This document shows, piece by piece, positions 39,791-49,292 of a DNA stretch of 64,000 nt (position 1 is its first letter; each line of letters starts with the position of its first letter). A model generated the notes under the pieces. The model saw only the letters and a list, made by a program, of their open reading frames with translations, searched no databases and was not told the DNA's origin. The position numbers and the translations under genes were made by a program. The DNA comes from a virus, in the IMG/VR virus record IMGVR_UViG_3300044695_004134, positions 32,001 to 96,000 of that record; one strand, given 5' to 3'.

Positions 39791-40074
39791 GCAAGCATCC
39801 TAATCAAACCAACAGAATCAATTGTTACAAGTAACATGTAGTTAGCCAACATGCCAAATGATTTCCGAGTAAAAGCAGCCCAAGCATAGAGACCACAGCC
39901 AACAATCCAGATAGGATATAGAACAAGTAGTGGAGGACTGGGTACAGTAAGAGCCATGGTAATCGAACAGCCGATACTAATAGCCCAAGCCAACAACTCA
40001 ATGCAAAAACGAAAACGATTAGAACGCCAATCATCTTTAATCCATCCAAAGATACCTAAGAGTAAATTGTTCAT
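39787..40074 (-). CDS. Small multi-pass membrane protein
   Basis: Three hydrophobic segments. Confidence 0.6.
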   Translation of the reverse strand: MNNLLLGIFGWIKDDWRSNRFRFCIELLAWAISIGCSITMALTVPSPPLLVLYPIWIVGCGLYAWAAFTRKSFGMLANYMLLVTIDSVGLIRMLA

Positions 40075-40079
40075 TTATT

Positions 40080-40388
40080 TTATAGTTTTGGAATATCAAA
40101 CTCAACACCTTTTCCATCTTCTTGCGCTTTGATGGAGTTCGTTTCTTTCTTTGCTTTAGGGAAACGTTTTGCAATGTCTTCGGCGGTTACCGTGGACATA
40201 GCAAACTGCACAAATGCGGAGTAATCATCAGATACCGTCATGGTACGTGGACCACCAGCCTCTATTGCAGAAAAATAGAGAACACAACCACCAGCAACGA
40301 GTGGTGCAATCTCAATGATATTATCTAGATTGATAATAAGTTTGCAGTTCTTAGGTGCAATAGAATTAACTTCAACGAATGTAGCCAT
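40080..40388 (-). CDS. Hypothetical protein
   Basis: GAGG RBS; operon context. Confidence 0.6.
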   Translation of the reverse strand: MATFVEVNSIAPKNCKLIINLDNIIEIAPLVAGGCVLYFSAIEAGGPRTMTVSDDYSAFVQFAMSTVTAEDIAKRFPKAKKETNSIKAQEDGKGVEFDIPKL

Positions 40389-40831
40389 AATAACCTCTTA
40401 ATAAAAAAAATAAAAACCAATCAACATCATAAAACAAAAAACGCCAAAAGTCAAGGCGTATACCTTTTTCTTTCGGCGTTCTTCGATTTCTTGATATATC
40501 TTTACCTGTTCCAGGAATAACTCAAAATTGTCCATAATAAAACCAGAATTGTTTCAGATAGTTTATTTAGCTGTCACGGTATCAATCTGATTTTTTAAAA
40601 TTTCAACTGTTGCGGCTAATTCTTCGTTAACACGAATGCCATCTAAATTCAGTTCTTGGATTCTATTTTCCAATTGCTTCATTTCGGCAATCATCTTATC
40701 AAATTCTTGTTCAATTACGTTTTGCATGTTAGTACATTCCTGTATTCTTTGGATTCTTACGAAATTCTATTAGAAATTCGCAAAACATTTCCAGTGCTTG
40801 TTTAATTAAAGACATGTTTGTCTCCAATTAT

Positions 40832-41050
40832 TTAGACGGCCTTAGCCGCTTTTTGCACTGCGTTTGTTGCTTCTTCTGAAACGTGTGTGGAAATATCAGT
40901 GAATGATTTGAAAATTTGTTTTGTGAATGCGGTTTGTGCATCAACAAATGCGTTGAGTGGCTTACGAATCTTTTCATCAGTAATGAAAGCGGATACGAAA
41001 TACTTTTTGGAACCTTGGACGGTATCGATGAATGTGTCTGTTGCGAACAT
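40832..41050 (-). CDS. Small amphipathic helical protein (possibly phasin-like)
   Basis: AGGAG RBS; FIDTVQ..KK.FV..FVDAQTAFTK pattern. Confidence 0.5.
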   Translation of the reverse strand: MFATDTFIDTVQGSKKYFVSAFITDEKIRKPLNAFVDAQTAFTKQIFKSFTDISTHVSEEATNAVQKAAKAV

Positions 41051-41167
41051 TGTTTTCTCCTAAATTTAGCGAGGGTTAATAAAAATAGTAATCTATATTA
41101 GCATTACTACTTAGATTATATAGGTTTCTATGATGCGGTGCAACATGGATTCCATAGAATGCCATGT

Positions 41168-41425
41168 CTAAAGTTTTTCAATGTAGTTGTATTGAAGGTG
41201 CCGTTTAGCCTCATGTACCGAATGGGTTTTGTGGCCATTGATATAGATGACCTTCGGTGAATACACCAAAATCTCACCCTCAATCATTTTCAGGCGATAA
41301 AAGGTTTTACCTTTTGAATCAACTTCTTTGGTCCGGATATCACGGAAATTCTCAGCGAGACCTGCCCACATAAGTGTTTCACGAATCTCATCCGAGATTA
41401 ACATACGAAAATAATTTGCGTTCAT
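41168..41425 (-). CDS. Hypothetical early protein (probably leaderless)
   Basis: ATG 5 nt after TATAAT. Confidence 0.6.
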   Translation of the reverse strand: MNANYFRMLISDEIRETLMWAGLAENFRDIRTKEVDSKGKTFYRLKMIEGEILVYSPKVIYINGHKTHSVHEAKRHLQYNYIEKL

Positions 41426-41430
41426 AATAT

Positions 41431-41492
41431 ATTATAACATAATCACATCAAAATGGCAAGTGTTATTTCACGTTTGTTGCAAAAAAACAACA
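41431..41492 (-). promoter_or_regulatory. Early promoter TTGCCA-17-TATAAT with upstream TGTTG-N8-CAACA box
   Basis: -10 41431-36, -35 41454-59, box 41475-92. Confidence 0.8.
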
Positions 41493-41529
41493 GAAAAAGA
41501 CGCACCAGGAACGTCCTGGAGCGCCTAGG

Positions 41530-41730
41530 TCACTTAATGCTAGCCAGAGTGTCGACCAGTCGATTCCATTCACCAGGGTTCAGGAAAAACTCAACCTTAG
41601 ACTGGATGGCATCAGGAAACTTAGCACCTTGATATTTAATCGAAAGTGTTACATGTTTTAGTTCACGAATATCTTCAACATCGAGAAAATATTGATATTG
41701 TTGATATTGGTCAGAAATTTCATACTTCAT
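41530..41730 (-). CDS. Hypothetical protein
   Basis: ATGA overlap with upstream ATPase. Confidence 0.55.
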   Translation of the reverse strand: MKYEISDQYQQYQYFLDVEDIRELKHVTLSIKYQGAKFPDAIQSKVEFFLNPGEWNRLVDTLASIK

Positions 41731-42953
41731 ACAAACCCCATTTTACGTTCAATTGTTTTCTTTGTGTTTGTGTTTTGTTCAAAAAACACATCGGCAATGG
41801 ACCATGATTCACGCTCACGGTTCAATTTAGTTCCAACTTTTGTTGCCAACTTTTCGGCTTGCACTTGAGTGAGTTCTTCAAAGTGTAGAATGTCATAGCA
41901 ACGACCTGGACGAATCAGTGCAGGATCAATATCACGAATAGATGGCAGGTTAGTGGAGAAGATTAGTTTCTTGTTTCGTGTAGTCACAAGACCGTCACCA
42001 ACGTTCAGAAACTTGTGCATCATTGTGTTACCTTCAGCACGTGCTTTCAGGAACATATCAGCATCTTCGAGAACGAGAACGTTCTTTTCACCTTCAATGA
42101 AGTTGGCGAACACATAATCTTTTTCCAACACATTTGAATCATAAGACACAATGGCAGATGCTTCAGAGTGTTGTAGTAGACCACGGATGAATGTAGTCTT
42201 ACCAGTACCTGGTGGTCCAATCAACAACAGAATAGATGCGGACGAATGCATGAAGTTATCGTAGAATTCGGCGAGTGTTTGACCATCAAGAAACGGGTAC
42301 ATTTCTTCAACGGGCATACGGTCATGGCGGAGTGGAATCTCAATAGAAGAACCATCAGCGGCATAAATCCATTCGATTTGGTTTGTTACAAACTCAAAAT
42401 CTTTTTCGAATTGTTTTTCATACTGTTTGACGAATTCATCATCACCAACCAGTTCAACAGATACATGTGTTGAATGAATGTTGAAAAACAAATAAGACAA
42501 AGAATCATCATTAAAGAAATATCCGGTTCCATTTTCATATTGAAAACGGCGGAGATCCTGAATTGTGTCGATGTAATCCAACCATTCTTTTTTGGTCGCA
42601 TACATGCTCAACCTAGTTTGAAAGGTTTCAAGTTGGCGTTCAGAACGCTCTTTTAAAATTTTGCTTATGAGCAGGTCCGCAATATCATTTGCACCTAAGA
42701 AAATTTCACCGTTATTATCATTCATTTGTATACCTTCATTTTTCCACCACAGTAATCTTTTTGGTGGTGTTTTGTGACCAATTCTTTTTGCTCTAAATTT
42801 AGACATATTGTTGATGCCAGCCCATATAACATGTTTTTTTCTAGTTTTCCTGGAACCACTCCGTGATTCACCTCTTCCAATTTCAGCAAGCCATCTGTCA
42901 ATCCTCTTGGATACAGCAGACCTGCTTTTAATGGTTCTAAACCTTCGGCGCAT
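41727..42953 (-). CDS. AAA+ ATPase (possible internal start at 42725)
   Basis: GPPGTGKT, LVLEDAD, FLNVGDG, FSTN, IDPALIRPGRC. Confidence 0.88.
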   Translation of the reverse strand: MRRRFRTIKSRSAVSKRIDRWLAEIGRGESRSGSRKTRKKHVIWAGINNMSKFRAKRIGHKTPPKRLLWWKNEGIQMNDNNGEIFLGANDIADLLISKILKERSERQLETFQTRLSMYATKKEWLDYIDTIQDLRRFQYENGTGYFFNDDSLSYLFFNIHSTHVSVELVGDDEFVKQYEKQFEKDFEFVTNQIEWIYAADGSSIEIPLRHDRMPVEEMYPFLDGQTLAEFYDNFMHSSASILLLIGPPGTGKTTFIRGLLQHSEASAIVSYDSNVLEKDYVFANFIEGEKNVLVLEDADMFLKARAEGNTMMHKFLNVGDGLVTTRNKKLIFSTNLPSIRDIDPALIRPGRCYDILHFEELTQVQAEKLATKVGTKLNRERESWSIADVFFEQNTNTKKTIERKMGFV

Positions 42954-43063
42954 CTACTTCTACCACCCATGTCGCCCAATCTTGACGCTTAATATTGTTT
43001 GTATCAATGTGATTGTCTGTACAAAATTTCCATGCATCAAGATAGAAGTGAAAAAATTCCATT

Positions 43064-43255
43064 TTAAATTCCTTTTGCTTTATATTCAAAGTTCCAATAC
43101 GGTCGACCATCTATAGTATACTCTATGTTACCACGCCTGTCAACAGTTTCAAGCCATCGACAGTCATTGTTTGCCACAGTAACTGGAAACCATGCGAACC
43201 AATCGTGCCATTGCATTTTACCTGAATAGTCTTTTAGTCCACATTTTAGTTTCAT
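43064..43255 (-). CDS. Hypothetical protein
   Basis: WHDWFAWFPV..WLETV motif common in phage small ORFs. Confidence 0.55.
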   Translation of the reverse strand: MKLKCGLKDYSGKMQWHDWFAWFPVTVANNDCRWLETVDRRGNIEYTIDGRPYWNFEYKAKGI

Positions 43256-43812
43256 GGAAATTTCCATCCTTTGGCTGTGTATTTTTCAACACGTTTATGT
43301 GAAAGTGCATAAGCATTCTCATGCTCATTCTTAATCAAATGTTTGTTGAGAATTGCATTGTATTGCTTCTTCGAAATGTAAAGTGTGTGGCTTGAAATTT
43401 TATACCACGGCATACAATGCACAAAATCAAATGTGCTTCGTGAATCAGCAGTAGCAAGTGTAATCACTTGGAGGCCATTTTTAAATGTGGTGGCATTTGC
43501 AGTCACCAATTTACCTTCAATCTGCACTTCAACATATTTTTCATCGGCATCTTGAATATAGTTTTTATCCATACCATGAATATATTGTTTGAAGTGCATT
43601 ATATCATTTGCATCATTTAAATACAAATCATAGTCTTTAGGTGTTTCATAATGCATGAGTGAAGAAATTGCACCGCCAGTTAAAATTGCTTTATCACGGA
43701 GAAAGTCGCTCAATTCCCGTGGAATTCCATCAAACATTATATTCAAGGTTGCAAACAAACGCTTTTTGACCTCATGTATTTGGTCAATTTGAATGTCTTT
43801 AAGTTCCGGCAT
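43252..43812 (-). CDS. Nucleotidyltransferase-like protein (PolyA polymerase/CCA-head type)
   Basis: LTGGAISSL....PKDYDLY, FDFVHC, RVEKYTAKGW. Confidence 0.65.
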   Translation of the reverse strand: MPELKDIQIDQIHEVKKRLFATLNIMFDGIPRELSDFLRDKAILTGGAISSLMHYETPKDYDLYLNDANDIMHFKQYIHGMDKNYIQDADEKYVEVQIEGKLVTANATTFKNGLQVITLATADSRSTFDFVHCMPWYKISSHTLYISKKQYNAILNKHLIKNEHENAYALSHKRVEKYTAKGWKFP

Positions 43813-44128
43813 AATGCATCCTCAATATTTTAACTTGGTCATGTGGTGCAAGGTAACAACGAGCCTTTACAATGGTATCAAATGTTATGTTATCACGCAT
43901 TTGTGTGAATTCAACAAGACCATTTGAAATCATGTATTCACCCATTTGTTGAGCCATTGATGACCTCAGATATTGTTTCAATTCGTGGTCGGAACGAACA
44001 TCTACCATTTTATGTTCAGGCACACGAATTGTACCTGTCACCAACTTACCGCCGATTGGAACATCTTTATATGTGAAATTGATATCGGTATATGGGTCAA
44101 TACCCCAATTAGGAGTATTGATTGCCAT
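43799..44128 (-). CDS. Hypothetical protein
   Basis: Operon-coupled ORF. Confidence 0.55.
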   Translation of the reverse strand: MAINTPNWGIDPYTDINFTYKDVPIGGKLVTGTIRVPEHKMVDVRSDHELKQYLRSSMAQQMGEYMISNGLVEFTQMRDNITFDTIVKARCYLAPHDQVKILRMHYAGT

Positions 44129-44484
44129 TATACAGTCTCTTGTGCAACATCGTTGGTTTCAGTAGGTTTTTGCTTTTCACGTTTGACTGGTGCCACAGGT
44201 GCAACAGGTTGAACGGGTTGAACCTTACCGATGTAACGACCTTCAGGAGAAAACTCTTGAAAGTTCACCAGTTGGTATGCAGTCACTTTCCGACCATCTT
44301 TGTAAACACGGACAATTCCACCATCTTTGCGGATGTTGTAAATGTTAGTGGAGAGGCGATAGAGAACACCTTCTTGGTCACTGCCCTTGAAGCAAGCCTC
44401 AATCTCTGCGGGAGAGACAGGCTTGCCAGAGAGCATAACACAAGCAATTTTTTCGTGACGGTTGATTTTAGTGGTAGTACGCAT
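44128..44484 (-). CDS. Putative winged helix-turn-helix DNA-binding protein
   Basis: Start MRTTTK after AAGGA; RLSTNIYNIRKDGG resembles the RLxxxIxxLRxxG HTH recognition helix. Confidence 0.55.
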   Translation of the reverse strand: MRTTTKINRHEKIACVMLSGKPVSPAEIEACFKGSDQEGVLYRLSTNIYNIRKDGGIVRVYKDGRKVTAYQLVNFQEFSPEGRYIGKVQPVQPVAPVAPVKREKQKPTETNDVAQETV

Positions 44485-44518
44485 AATATATCCTTTGAGA
44501 AAAAGTTTACCAGATTCA

Positions 44519-44571
44519 ATTGTAACAGAGTGGCAGTCTGGTGGCAACCACTCTGTTGTTAAAATACCACA
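44519..44571 (-). promoter_or_regulatory. Early promoter TTGCCA-17-TACAAT with TGTTG-N8-CCACA box
   Basis: -10 44519-24, -35 44542-47, box 44554-71. Confidence 0.75.
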
Positions 44572-44573
44572 GT

Positions 44574-45746
44574 TTAGAATGGTACTTCATCATCAGGTGA
44601 GGTCGGCATCACAGGTGCGGTGTTTGCCTCCGCCACTTTGATATCAACTTTCGAATACAGGTCAAGGAACGAATCCTTGGTTTCTTGGTCAAAACGATTC
44701 ACACAGAGTTGAATTGCCTTCGAACGGTCTTTGAAGATTGAATAAGTCTTTGCAATGTGGACCAAACGGCGAGTGGAGACAATCTCATCGACACCACCTT
44801 CGGCAAATGTCTTACGAATCACATCAGCCCACTTTACAAGATTTTCCGCAAACTCATCATCATTCAACAATGGTTTGAGAATCTTGAGTTCAACTTTGGA
44901 CTCTGGATATTCCTGTTCAACGGTGATGTTGAAACGCTCAAGGAACGCATCATCAAGAATCTGTGAGAGGTAACGACCTTCTTCAGAGCCACGGCCTTTG
45001 GTGTTTGCAGTAGCAACAACGTTGAAGCCACGTTTTGGATAGATGTATTCACCAGACTTTTTGTTGAAGTATGGCTTGCCTTCCAGAATACCTTGGAGGC
45101 ACATGAGTTTGTTAGAACCACGGTCAACTTCGTCAATCAAGAGAATTGCACCACGTTTCATGGCTGTCATCACAGGACCATCACGGTACACCACGTTACC
45201 GTCAATCAGTGTAGGACCACCAATCAGGTCAGATTCATCAGTCTCAACGGAGATGTTCACACGGATGCATTCACGTTTGAGTGTGGCACACACTTGTTCA
45301 ACCATCAGGGTTTTGCCATTGCCTGACATACCAGTAATGAACACGGGGAAGAATTCCTGTGATAGCACAATCGAGGTCAGGTCTTTGTAGAAACCAAAAG
45401 GAACATAGCCTTGGTATTTTTCAGGGATAGAAGTATCTGCATGGTCTTCAAGTTTCTTTTGACGGAGAACATGGACAGTGGCAGTTTGTGTCAATTCGAC
45501 AACGGCAGGTTCTTCCGTAACCATTGCAGTTACGGCATGACGCACAGCGTTTGGTGCATCAGGAAGAAGGTATTGACCACGACCGGAACGAAACTCTTGG
45601 CGAGTGACAAACCAGAAGGGATAAGGAACAGACCGTTCATCAACAACGTGTTGAATTTGGTCACGACTCAAAATTGCATTCTCACCGAAAATCTCAGTAG
45701 CGGCTTGGACGAATGCTTTTGCATTACGATTCATAAAGTTCTCCAT
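44574..45746 (-). CDS. CobS/MoxR-like AAA+ ATPase of T4-like phages
   Basis: FITGMSGNGKT, ETDESDLIGG, LLIDEVD, ATANTKGRGS, AFLERF, STRRLVHI. Confidence 0.9.
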   Translation of the reverse strand: MENFMNRNAKAFVQAATEIFGENAILSRDQIQHVVDERSVPYPFWFVTRQEFRSGRGQYLLPDAPNAVRHAVTAMVTEEPAVVELTQTATVHVLRQKKLEDHADTSIPEKYQGYVPFGFYKDLTSIVLSQEFFPVFITGMSGNGKTLMVEQVCATLKRECIRVNISVETDESDLIGGPTLIDGNVVYRDGPVMTAMKRGAILLIDEVDRGSNKLMCLQGILEGKPYFNKKSGEYIYPKRGFNVVATANTKGRGSEEGRYLSQILDDAFLERFNITVEQEYPESKVELKILKPLLNDDEFAENLVKWADVIRKTFAEGGVDEIVSTRRLVHIAKTYSIFKDRSKAIQLCVNRFDQETKDSFLDLYSKVDIKVAEANTAPVMPTSPDDEVPF

Positions 45747-45760
45747 AACAAGGTGTTTCT

Positions 45761-45824
45761 ATTATATCACAGTTTCTGCCACATGGCAACCATTTTTTGG
45801 TAGATATGTTGCATAGAAACAACA
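45761..45824 (-). promoter_or_regulatory. Early promoter TTGCCA-17-TATAAT with TGTTG-N8-CAACA box
   Basis: -10 45761-66, -35 45784-89, box 45807-24. Confidence 0.8.
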
Positions 45825-45897
45825 ATCATGTACCAGTTTATATCCATATTCACCTCTTTCCATTCTTGTTTGTTGCATAAGTAGGTATGTCCATCCT

Positions 45898-46149
45898 TCA
45901 GAGAAGGTTAACCTGTATATCCACCTTAGTGGCCACCATCTTTTCATCATAATAGGTGTATGTGGTACCAAAACCACTAACATTTTCTCTTGCACAGGTT
46001 GCCAATGCATTCCATACTGCAACCCTTTGTGTGGTAAACACAAACTTATCTTCAAGGTCTTTCACCTTCATAATGAAGCCAACACCGTTCACGATAGCAC
46101 GGAACTTCTGAGTGTTATTCAGACCCCAAATCAGTTGTTTTGTACGCAT
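45898..46149 (-). CDS. Hypothetical early protein
   Basis: Directly downstream of a promoter; AAAGG RBS. Confidence 0.6.
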   Translation of the reverse strand: MRTKQLIWGLNNTQKFRAIVNGVGFIMKVKDLEDKFVFTTQRVAVWNALATCARENVSGFGTTYTYYDEKMVATKVDIQVNLL

Positions 46150-46178
46150 TACATGCCTTTCACATTGAATAAGACTCT

Positions 46179-46241
46179 ATTATACCAGAAACCAAAAAAA
46201 AGGCAACCATAAAGATTGCCCTTTGTTGTTTTTTTACAACA
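46179..46241 (-). promoter_or_regulatory. Early promoter TTGCCT-16-TATAAT with TGTTG-N8-CAACA box
   Basis: -10 46179-84, -35 46201-06, box 46224-41. Confidence 0.75.
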
Positions 46242-46243
46242 CT

Positions 46244-46444
46244 TCACCAATAGCCATCGGAACAGCCAAGGACGTATTGGTAAACACTCAGCCGTCCTTC
46301 CGCACCAGTTTGGTACACCTCATTCGGTGTTTTACCATCAAATGCTTTATTCTCCGAATCCCACCATCCATCGACCAATTGTGTTGAACCTATCATGGCG
46401 TACAGATAACGATTGATATCAGATTTTACGATTGGCTCTTTCAT
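46244..46444 (-). CDS. Small protein resembling Xre/MbcA/ParS antitoxin C-terminal domain (DUF2384)
   Basis: WWDSENKAFDGKTPNEV...G...V..Y pattern. Confidence 0.55.
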   Translation of the reverse strand: MKEPIVKSDINRYLYAMIGSTQLVDGWWDSENKAFDGKTPNEVYQTGAEGRLSVYQYVLGCSDGYW

Positions 46445-46869
46445 TCTTCCTCGCCTTCAGGGTCATCAATTAAATCCAGTTCTTTGGTGTGTGCATCACA
46501 TGCAGTGTAAATCCATCCACGACCACGGCGTTTACCTGGAGCACCACATGTTTCACATGTAATGGTTGACATAGATTCAGCAAACCAAATGAAGTTGTGA
46601 ATTGTTTTATCACCACCATCACCATAGAATCGTAGAGAACCAAACTTTTCTTTTACTTGTGATGCAACAAATTGTTCAGTTCCTTCTTTTGCATTCTTAT
46701 CAATGTGCCATTGAATCTCACTACATAGCAAATTAATTAATGGGTACCAACCATCAGAACAATCGAAACCCCAACACATTGCAGTTGTGGTCATGTCACC
46801 ATTACGATTAGCAAAAATCTTTGGATAATCCTTGCATAGCTTTTTATCCAGTTCTTGTCTCATTACCAA
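46441..46869 (-). CDS. Conserved phage hypothetical with C-terminal Zn ribbon
   Basis: GF.C.DGW, QVKEKFGSLRFY, CETCGAPG, W..T.C..H. Confidence 0.7.
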   Translation of the reverse strand: MVMRQELDKKLCKDYPKIFANRNGDMTTTAMCWGFDCSDGWYPLINLLCSEIQWHIDKNAKEGTEQFVASQVKEKFGSLRFYGDGGDKTIHNFIWFAESMSTITCETCGAPGKRRGRGWIYTACDAHTKELDLIDDPEGEEE

Positions 46870-47066
46870 TCCTTCACATCAGTGATATCAATAGTTGTAT
46901 CTTTATTATCAAACAAATCAAACTTCACTCGAACATTTGCACCAATGCCAGATGAATGGTCAACTTCAACCTCAAAGTGTTTAATGTCTTTAAAGTGTTG
47001 TGCAATCTCATACAGCTTTTCAATCTGTTCGTGGTTTAAAATAATGTTCTTATTCTTAGCCATCAT
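46863..47066 (-). CDS. Hypothetical protein
   Basis: SSGIG..DITDV..W; operon-coupled. Confidence 0.55.
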   Translation of the reverse strand: MMAKNKNIILNHEQIEKLYEIAQHFKDIKHFEVEVDHSSGIGANVRVKFDLFDNKDTTIDITDVKDW

Positions 47067-47272
47067 TAACCACCATAATAATGAATAACAACATCAAGTG
47101 CTTCAAGCAATTGTGTATTGTACACCACATCTTCTGGATGCATCCATGCACCTTTCTTGTGTGCTTTCAATTCTTTTTTAACGTATTTTCTGTGGTCTTT
47201 GAGTGCCAACAAAGCAATACGGTCAGCCGTTTCATAATCAATTTCAAGTTTTTCTGTCATCATGTTCTCCAA
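47066..47272 (-). CDS. Hypothetical protein
   Basis: Operon-coupled ORF. Confidence 0.55.
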   Translation of the reverse strand: MENMMTEKLEIDYETADRIALLALKDHRKYVKKELKAHKKGAWMHPEDVVYNTQLLEALDVVIHYYGG

Positions 47273-47724
47273 ATTTCGTTAAAGCCTTCTTCTTCAGTTG
47301 GTTCTTGCCATTTTGCAATCATATCATCCAACACCTCCAATGGTATCACCTTTCCAGGTCGGCTGGCAAGCCTTTTCTGAAGTTCTTCGGGTTCTGGGAT
47401 CCGAAAAACCACAGCAATCGCATAATATTCCGGAAGCATTCGGAATTTCTTCGCCCTTGTGAAAATTGTAGTGGATGTTTGGTCCCAGATAATGTCCTTA
47501 CCTGCATCACGTGCGGCATTCACGGCACCTGCCATCCTTGCAACAGCAACGGGCATGTATTCTTCAAACACTTCGGTATAGGTTTTACCAACACTTTCAG
47601 CCCATTCTTCCACATACTTGTCGGTGGAAATGTATGCACAATCTTTCATCCAAAATTCTTGGTTCTTCACCCAAGTGGACTTTCCAGAACCTGGTACACC
47701 GACCAGCATGTATAGTTTAGGCAT
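47260..47724 (-). CDS. P-loop kinase (AAA_33 / polynucleotide-kinase-like)
   Basis: LVGVPGSGKSTW, ISTD, IIWDQT, R..R..K.IP, P..EEGF. Confidence 0.85.
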   Translation of the reverse strand: MPKLYMLVGVPGSGKSTWVKNQEFWMKDCAYISTDKYVEEWAESVGKTYTEVFEEYMPVAVARMAGAVNAARDAGKDIIWDQTSTTIFTRAKKFRMLPEYYAIAVVFRIPEPEELQKRLASRPGKVIPLEVLDDMIAKWQEPTEEEGFNEIWRT

Positions 47725-47840
47725 CGTTTAGTGTTTTCCTAATTTCAATCAATAAATCTCGCACAGCAAAATGATTAGCAAGTTCGGGATTAAATAGACC
47801 ACCCGAGAATAGGTAATCGGTGATTCTGTCTGACAATTCT

Positions 47841-48299
47841 TTAAACTGTTCGTTCATATGTGGACGGTCCAAGTTTGGCATCAACCATTTTATGGTTTGT
47901 AATACCTTCAAAGAAGTTTTCATTGGGACGCTTAATCACATATGCCAAGCGGCCGCCAAAATATACAGCAAACTGCGCCAAGAGGTCCGATTCAATCACA
48001 CAAACATATGCAGATGTAATGGCTTGACCACCAACGCCACCAAAACCTAATGCGGTGCTAGACCAAGTTTGTACAAACATAGAATATACGGTTAGGTCAT
48101 ACAATGAATGTTTGCGAGACTTTTCAACATAACAATCAGCAGGTGCAATTGCAGTTTTCATTTCTTCACGGGTTAGTGTAGACCGCCATGCATCATGCTT
48201 GGCCCAATTACGGTCCTGATACTTGTATTCAGGAAATGCCTCATATGCGGCATGTGCCATAGCACCAGCGAGTGTTTCAATAGGGTTAGTTGCGTTCAT
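47841..48299 (-). CDS. Hypothetical protein
   Basis: F.QTWSSTALGFGGVGGQAIT.AY, VYFGGRLAY. Confidence 0.65.
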   Translation of the reverse strand: MNATNPIETLAGAMAHAAYEAFPEYKYQDRNWAKHDAWRSTLTREEMKTAIAPADCYVEKSRKHSLYDLTVYSMFVQTWSSTALGFGGVGGQAITSAYVCVIESDLLAQFAVYFGGRLAYVIKRPNENFFEGITNHKMVDAKLGPSTYERTV

Positions 48300-48520
48300 T
48301 CTTTAACTCCAAAATGTTCATCATACTTGTCTAACATTCGTGCAAATGCAGAGAATGATAACTCTTGTCGGTTTAGTTCAATACATTCTTTCGCAATCAA
48401 CTCGGCAAATTTTTGGTCACGAATATCATGCCAATCTGGATGGTACTCTCCCGGCTGTTGAATTTTGTTATCTGTATATTCATCGGCTTGTTCAGCCAGT
48501 TCTTGAATTCTTTTGTTCAT
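48296..48520 (-). CDS. MNERI/KFAELI/HFGVE microprotein family, copy 1
   Basis: MNKRIQELAEQA...KFAELIAKEC...HFGVKE. Confidence 0.8.
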   Translation of the reverse strand: MNKRIQELAEQADEYTDNKIQQPGEYHPDWHDIRDQKFAELIAKECIELNRQELSFSAFARMLDKYDEHFGVKE

Positions 48521-48858
48521 CTTGATATACTCAGTTCAGCATCAGGATTATCCCAACATGCATTACGATACTTGTATACAAAATTCTGAAGACCATCATA
48601 TGAACCCCAACCATTCTCAGGGTTAAAGGTCATAAAGTGGTTTGGTTCAGATAACAGAATATTCCATCCTTCATCCAGAAGTTCAGAAATATCTTTCGCC
48701 AACACCAAACCGTGCTCATCAGGTCGCCACAATACATCATACAGTGACAGTCCATTTGAGAGTTTAACCTCTTTGGCCATTTTACCTAGATTGTGTGTGA
48801 TGTTATTGTAATAAACAGATACGGGTTGTGTAACCATCAACTCAACATCAAGGCTCAT
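48517..48858 (-). CDS. Conserved phage hypothetical protein
   Basis: NITHNLGKMA, LWRP, NPENGWGSY. Confidence 0.7.
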   Translation of the reverse strand: MSLDVELMVTQPVSVYYNNITHNLGKMAKEVKLSNGLSLYDVLWRPDEHGLVLAKDISELLDEGWNILLSEPNHFMTFNPENGWGSYDGLQNFVYKYRNACWDNPDAELSISR

Positions 48859-49292
48859 TTACTTTCTCTTTTCATATAGAAGTCACGAATCGCTCTTGCA
48901 TCATGAAGTGCATTATGTGGCACCATAGATTCATACTTAATGCTAAAGTCAAGTTCAAACTTAATATTCGTTGGCATTACAATTCGTTCACCTGGACCTG
49001 TAATCATTGCTTCACAGAAATATCGAATATCATCTGGCCAATCTGCAACGATTATAATTTCATCATATTCAATATTCAGGAGGTACCTTGAGAATGCGAG
49101 TTGAAACTCACTGTAACTCGCCGGTACTAGAAACATGTGTGGCGCAACGTTTACTTGAACCCATGTATCAAGTTGGTCTTTCACTTCAATTTCACAATAA
49201 AACTCTGGTGCGTTTAGATTCTCTGGCACCAAAGCCATTGACATTAGTTTACCACCGAATCCATTGAATTCGGTATCAAGAAAAAATCTCAT
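48855..49292 (-). CDS. DEDDh 3'-5' exonuclease (Rv2179c-like)
   Basis: FFLDTEF, ADWPDD, HNALHDARA. Confidence 0.8.
   Translation of the reverse strand: MRFFLDTEFNGFGGKLMSMALVPENLNAPEFYCEIEVKDQLDTWVQVNVAPHMFLVPASYSEFQLAFSRYLLNIEYDEIIIVADWPDDIRYFCEAMITGPGERIVMPTNIKFELDFSIKYESMVPHNALHDARAIRDFYMKRESK

Noticed and set aside
44574-45746. Cobalamin biosynthesis auxiliary gene (cobS)
   Set aside because: No cobN or other cob genes here; better described as a MoxR-type ATPase with a VWA partner
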